NCBI RefSeq assembly: GCF_006345805.1
Contig: NC_043012.1
Span: forward strand, 54,126,001-54,190,000
DNA length: 64,000 bases
Reading direction: 5' to 3'
From: Octopus sinensis
Taxonomy: Eukaryota
In this document: piece after piece, positions 62,166 through 64,000 of the stretch
Numbering within the stretch: position 1 is the stretch's first letter
Layout: every line of letters begins with the position of its first letter
Notes under the pieces: model-generated
What the model saw: only the letters and a program-made list of their open reading frames with translations
Databases searched by the model: none
What the model was told of the DNA's origin: nothing
Position numbers and translations under genes: made by a program

Positions 62166-62560
62166 CTAATGGCCCGACGAGTTGTCTTCCTTCGCTTGAG
62201 AGCTAGGTTTCTCAATGTGGGAAAAACAAAACTTCCGAAAACGTAGACAGCTCCCCACGGCTTCCGTCCTGGTGTTCAGGTAGCCTCCTGGTTCCTGTGA
62301 ACTTATGAGGATAATATATCTTTTTGCCATACACAATTTACACAGTCTTGTTCCATTGTGATAGGGTCCACAAGATTCTAGTAATTTCCACCTGGTGTTA
62401 AACGGTGTATGATCGTCCTTTAGGCGCCATATGTATGCTGCGGGTGTTGTTATGTTGCGTCTCTCCGGGACCCTGAAAGAAGATCTGTGGTTGTTCAGGC
62501 GATTTTTAAATTTGAATTCACAAGATCCAGAAATAAATTTTAGTGTGTGTCCCTGTGTTG
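62166..62560 (-). pseudogene. Penelope-like retroelement GIY-YIG endonuclease C-terminal half
   Basis: FISGSCEFKFKNRLNNHRSSF...TTPAAYIWRLKD....NTRWKLLESCGPY.NGTRLCKLCMAKRYII...LNTRTEAVGSCLRFRKF matches the YIG...FK.R..NH..SF...YIW.LK...W.I...C.LC..EK..I...LN.R.E...C.H..K type of PLE endonuclease. Confidence 0.85.
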
Positions 62561-62642
62561 GCATTTATATTACTGATATTTGTGCCGCTTCTGTTTGAGG
62601 CTATCTTTGCTTGTTACACTACAGCCTCGGTTTTACATATAT

Positions 62643-63114
62643 ACAGGTTTGGCCAAAAGTCGCCCGAGAGTAAATCAAAATTCTATAAATACTGTCTGCA
62701 ATTTTGTATGGACTCGAATGGAAAAAATTGCCGCTCAAGAAGGACTTCAGTTTAAACAATTTTCATAGATGTTTCATATTAAGATGCTTTTATTAAATTC
62801 ATTCAGTTGTTAAACATAAATCTTGGAATTAAATGGCTTTGATTTACTGTCAGGTGACTTTTGGCCAACCATATATACAGAATATACAGGGTTGGCCAAA
62901 AGTCACCCAACAGTAAATCAAAATTCCATGACTACTATCTGTAATTCTGTACTGACTCGAATGGAAAAATGTGTCGCTCAAGAAGGACTTTACTTTGAAC
63001 AAATTTCACGATGTTGCATATTTAGATGCTTTTATTAAATTCATTCAGTTGTTAAACATAAATCTTGGAATTAAATGGCTTTGATTTACTGTCAAGTGAC
63101 TTTTGGCCAACCCT
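62643..63114 (+). mobile_element. Two tandem Tc1/mariner-type MITEs (~230 bp each: 62643-62872, 62886-63114)
   Basis: TA|CAGGGTTGGCCAAAAGTCACC ... GGTGACTTTTGGCCAACC TIRs with subterminal cagtaaatcaaa/tttgatttactg; third copy at 4899. Confidence 0.88.
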
Positions 63115-63481
63115 ATCTATATGTCTATATATATATGTGTGTGTATGTCTTTATGTTTGTCCTCCATCACTGCTTTACGACTGGTGTTGGTGTGTTTACG
63201 TCCCTTTAGCTTGACGCTTCGGCAACAGAACCCGAAAGAATAAGTACTAAGCTTAAAAATAAATAATTCCCGGGGACGATTTGTTCGACTGAACTAATGA
63301 AAGAATAGGCGCAGGGGTGGCTGTGTTGTAAGTAGCTTGCTTCCCAACCACATGGTTCTGGGTTCAGATAGAATAAGCACTATGCTTACAAAGAATATAT
63401 CCTGGGGTCAATTTTTTCGACTAATGGCCGGGCCCCAGAATGGCTGCAGTCAAATGACTGAAACAAGTTAAAGAATAAAAG

Positions 63482-63524
<43 letters not shown>

Positions 63525-63544
63525 ATATATATAATATATATTAT

Positions 63545-63765
63545 ATAGGTTCCCCACCTGGACGAGACGCGGTACGTCGCAGGTGGGCTGCAAGATCCAG
63601 GAGGAAAGAGTGAGAGAAAGTTGTGGCGAACGAGTCAGCAGAAGTTCGCCATTACCTTCTGCCGGAACCGAGTGGAGCTTATGTGTTTCGCTCATAAACA
63701 CACACATCGCCCGGTCTGAGATTCGAACCCGCGATCCCTCGACCGCGAGTCATAACCACTAGGCC
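63545..63765 (-). mobile_element. SINE family C-like head with a tgcgac..cgcgtctcgtccagg tail
   Basis: Head ggcctagtggttatgactcgcggtcgagggatcgcgggttcgaatctcagaccgggcg; tail differs from the other C copies. Confidence 0.7.
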
Positions 63766-63833
63766 ATATATGTATATATATGTGTGCGCGTGTGTATATA
63801 TATATATATATATAGATATATATATATTATATA

Positions 63834-63871
<38 letters not shown>

Positions 63872-63913
63872 TATATATATATGTATATTATATATATATA
63901 TAATATATATGAT

Positions 63914-63946
<33 letters not shown>

Positions 63947-64000
63947 TTATATATATATATATATTATATCTATATATACATATCTATATATTATATATAT
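63766..64000. repeat. (TA)n-rich microsatellite
   Basis: Directly visible, runs to the window end. Confidence 0.92.

Overview
Eukaryotic, AT-rich, repeat-saturated window with no host gene, rRNA, genuine tRNA or CRISPR array that I can support. The tRNA-headed SINE families and the density of TA/CA/GATA/TACA/AAT microsatellites suggest a cephalopod, probably Octopus; this is inferred from recalled repeat families, not from a database search. Nearly all ORFs in the track are microsatellite or SINE artefacts. The real coding remnants all come from transposons: a full-length mariner with two frameshifts (25542-26821), an internally deleted second mariner, two Tc1 relics, a Helitron RepHel fragment plus a non-autonomous Helitron, two Penelope-like GIY-YIG fragments, a nest of R4/Dong-like LINEs in (AAT)n, and CR1/Jockey-group, RTE, L1/Tx1 and HERO-like LINE relics. 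The most interesting signal is a set of four unrelated type-I hammerhead ribozyme motifs (23611, 24669, 25352, 36373). All lie on the + strand and have short, near-palindromic stem III. Two sit in small non-coding units with direct and inverted terminal repeats, which looks like a non-autonomous Penelope-dependent retrozyme system. Other notable items are several foldback elements, a 111-nt near-perfect hairpin, modular head/tail shuffling among SINEs, and SINE multimers. Boundaries were counted by eye and may be off by a few bases, more for degraded relics.
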